This document shows, piece after piece, positions 5,914-7,600 of a stretch of 7,600 bases of DNA. The notes beneath the pieces are model-generated. The model ran no database searches and was not told the origin of the DNA. It saw only the letters and a program-made list of their open reading frames with translations. This DNA comes from an uncultured Gammaproteobacteria bacterium (GTDB lineage Bacteria; Patescibacteriota; Microgenomatia; Daviesbacterales; UBA10151), in assembly GCA_964522265.1 (NCBI GenBank), contig CAZFVS010000008.1:5876-13475 (forward strand). The letters run 5' to 3'. The translations under genes were made by a program, and so were the position numbers. Numbering within the stretch: the first letter of the stretch is position 1; each line of letters starts with the position of its first letter.

Positions 5914-6474
5914 ATGGGAGGGATAAAAAAGATAAAGTTTAAACAGGCAGATAAAGGTTTGGTGATTATATACACTGGTGAAGGGAAAGGTAAGACTACT
6001 GCTGCTTTGGGCTTGGCTTTGCGTGCTGCAGGCTATAAGAAAAAAGTTTTGATTGTGCAGTTTGGCAAGGTTTGGTTTACCGGGGAGATTGAGGGGGTTA
6101 AAAAACTGGCACCTTACGTTAAATTAGTCCAAGGAGGATTGGGATTTGTTAAAATTTTTGATGACCACTCCCCTTTTTCTGAGCATGCAAAAGCTGCAGA
6201 GAAAACCTACGATTATTTGTATTCAGAGGTTATATCGGGTAAATGGGATGTGATAATTGCTGATGAAATTGTGGGGGCTGTAGCAGGAAAATTATTGAAA
6301 CATGAGCATTTAGTAAAAATTATTAAAGATAAACCTGTTGGGATGGATTTAGTATTAACAGGGCATCATGGAAAAAAGAATTTATTTAAATTGGCAGATC
6401 TGGTTACCGAGATGGTTGCAATAAAACACCCTTTTGGAAAAGGGATTATTGCCAAAGAAGGGATAGACTACTGA
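5914..6474 (+). CDS. cobO: ATP:cob(I)alamin / cob(I)yrinic acid a,c-diamide adenosyltransferase (CobA/CobO/BtuR type)
   Basis: P-loop TGEGKGKTTAALG, VQFGK, DEI, VLTGH, and a C-terminus ending GIDY as in Salmonella CobA. The ORF track opens at GTG 5869, but those 15 extra codons overlap the REP-like repeat and have no counterpart in the family, so ATG 5914 is preferred. TGA stop at 6472-6474. Confidence 0.85.
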   Translation: MGGIKKIKFKQADKGLVIIYTGEGKGKTTAALGLALRAAGYKKKVLIVQFGKVWFTGEIEGVKKLAPYVKLVQGGLGFVKIFDDHSPFSEHAKAAEKTYDYLYSEVISGKWDVIIADEIVGAVAGKLLKHEHLVKIIKDKPVGMDLVLTGHHGKKNLFKLADLVTEMVAIKHPFGKGIIAKEGIDY

Positions 6475-6477
6475 CTA

Positions 6478-6506
6478 TTGACAGAATTTAGCACTCATGT
6501 TATTAT
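6478..6506 (+). promoter_or_regulatory. Candidate promoter of lon (consensus -35 and extended -10)
   Basis: TTGACA (6478-6483), 17-bp spacer, TGt-TATTAT (TG 6498-6499, hexamer 6501-6506). The hexamer ends 11 nt before ATG 6518, and no SD is present. Confidence 0.5.
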
Positions 6507-6517
6507 ATTGCTAAATT

Positions 6518-7600
6518 ATGGTTTTAGACCCAATATCGCAGCCGATTAAACTTTCCAGGACATTACCGGTGGGACTGCTTAGAGGGACGGTAATCTTCCC
6601 CGGTAATACTGTCCCCATCGTATCAGGCAGAATTAAATCAAAGGCAGCTTTAGATATAGCCTGGTCTACCAACCGGTTAATAGTTTTCGTCACACAAAAA
6701 AATGAACGTATTGAAGATCCTCAAGAAAGCGATCTGTATCGGGTTGGAACGGTCTGTTTAATAAAAAGAATCCTTAAGGTTGATGGGGAATACCAGATCC
6801 ATGTTGAAGGGTTGGTTAGAGTATTTATTAAGGAGTATACACAAATTGAGCCTTATTTTGAAGCAGAAATCGAAGAGGTTCCAGAACTTTTTGAAAAAAA
6901 TGAAGAAACAGAAGCTTTAACCCGCACAGTTAAAGATCAGATTAAAAGATTTTTAGAGCTTGGCGGAAGTCCTATGCTTGATCCTGGGAGTTTGAACAGT
7001 TGGTCGCTTCTTGTTCAAAATGATGATCCTAATTTACTAGTTAACTCAACCTGTCAGATGGTTGATTTTAAAACAATTGACAAGCAGCAAATTTTGGAGA
7101 TGGTGTCAGCTGTTGACAGACTGCGGAGGATATCCGAACTTTTGGCAAAAGAGATAAGGATCAATGAGATCTCCCAAAAGATCTCTTCTCATACCCAAGA
7201 ACGGGTTTCAAAGATGACTAAAGAAGCTATTCTGAGAGAACAGATGAGGACTATTGAAGAAGAGCTGGGGGAATCAGGGGAAAACCAGGAGGTCAGAGAG
7301 TTTGAATTAAAGATTAAAAAGGCTAACATGCCCAAAGAGGTTAGGGAGAAAGCTGCCAAAGAATTAGCCAGACTTGCAAAGATGTCTTCATACAACCCCG
7401 AAGCAGCTTATATTAGAAACTATTTAGAATGGTTGATAGATGTACCTTGGAAGATGAATGAAAAACTGAATCTTAATATGAAAAGAGCGGAAGGGATTTT
7501 AGAAGAAGACCACCACGGACTTAAAAAAGTTAAAGAGAGGGTTTTAGAATATCTTGCCGTCCAGAAACAGGTCGGCAAACTTAAGGGCCCGATATTATGA
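6518..7600 (+). CDS. lon: ATP-dependent Lon protease (LonA), N-terminal substrate-binding and coiled-coil region; the ORF closes with an in-frame TGA at the window edge, just before the Walker A motif
   Basis: Lon N-domain start (LPVGLLRGTVIFPGNTVPI), a coiled-coil region (REQMRTIEEELGE), then YIRNYLEWLIDVPW...LEEDHHGLKKVKERVLEYLAVQKQVGKLKGPIL. In known Lon proteins this continues as C-LVGPPGVGKT. Codon 361 (7598-7600) is TGA. Confidence 0.85.
   Translation: MVLDPISQPIKLSRTLPVGLLRGTVIFPGNTVPIVSGRIKSKAALDIAWSTNRLIVFVTQKNERIEDPQESDLYRVGTVCLIKRILKVDGEYQIHVEGLVRVFIKEYTQIEPYFEAEIEEVPELFEKNEETEALTRTVKDQIKRFLELGGSPMLDPGSLNSWSLLVQNDDPNLLVNSTCQMVDFKTIDKQQILEMVSAVDRLRRISELLAKEIRINEISQKISSHTQERVSKMTKEAILREQMRTIEEELGESGENQEVREFELKIKKANMPKEVREKAAKELARLAKMSSYNPEAAYIRNYLEWLIDVPWKMNEKLNLNMKRAEGILEEDHHGLKKVKERVLEYLAVQKQVGKLKGPIL

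Noticed and set aside
7598-7600. Alternative genetic code (UGA read as Gly or Trp, as in some CPR lineages and Mollicutes) to explain the lon TGA
   Set aside because: TGA ends ppi (2280-2282), the RAYT-like gene (5160-5162) and cobO (6472-6474). In cobO the stop falls exactly at the family-typical C-terminus ...GIDY. No other long ORF contains an internal TGA, so standard code 11 fits the window.

Overview
Low-GC, tightly packed bacterial housekeeping region; the gene content resembles reduced, uncultivated (CPR/Patescibacteria-like) genomes, but that is only an inference. Gene order on + unless noted: DUF2207-family membrane protein with a poly-Gly tail (5' partial), membrane-anchored cyclophilin PPIase, NrdR repressor, monomeric AdoCbl-dependent class II ribonucleotide reductase (RTPR-type), a minus-strand HUH/Y1 'RAYT-like' transposase homolog, CobA/CobO-type corrinoid adenosyltransferase, and the N-terminal 360 codons of Lon protease. 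I see no defence island, CRISPR array, tRNA/rRNA gene or obvious new multi-gene system. The least ordinary features are: (1) the RAYT-like gene is bracketed by an exact 14-bp GC-rich palindromic repeat in inverted orientation, and a related hairpin-plus-TTGACA module recurs 4.2 kb away upstream of the cyclophilin gene; (2) lon has an in-frame TGA at the codon just before the Walker A motif, on the last 3 bases of the window; (3) NrdR-box-like palindromes lie upstream of an nrdR-RNR operon, and the B12-dependent RNR sits next to the enzyme that makes its cofactor; (4) an unannotated 29-codon hydrophobic ORF; (5) most genes lack Shine-Dalgarno sequences and have -10-like boxes about 10 nt from the start codon. 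All calls come from reading the sequence and from motif memory; no searches were run.
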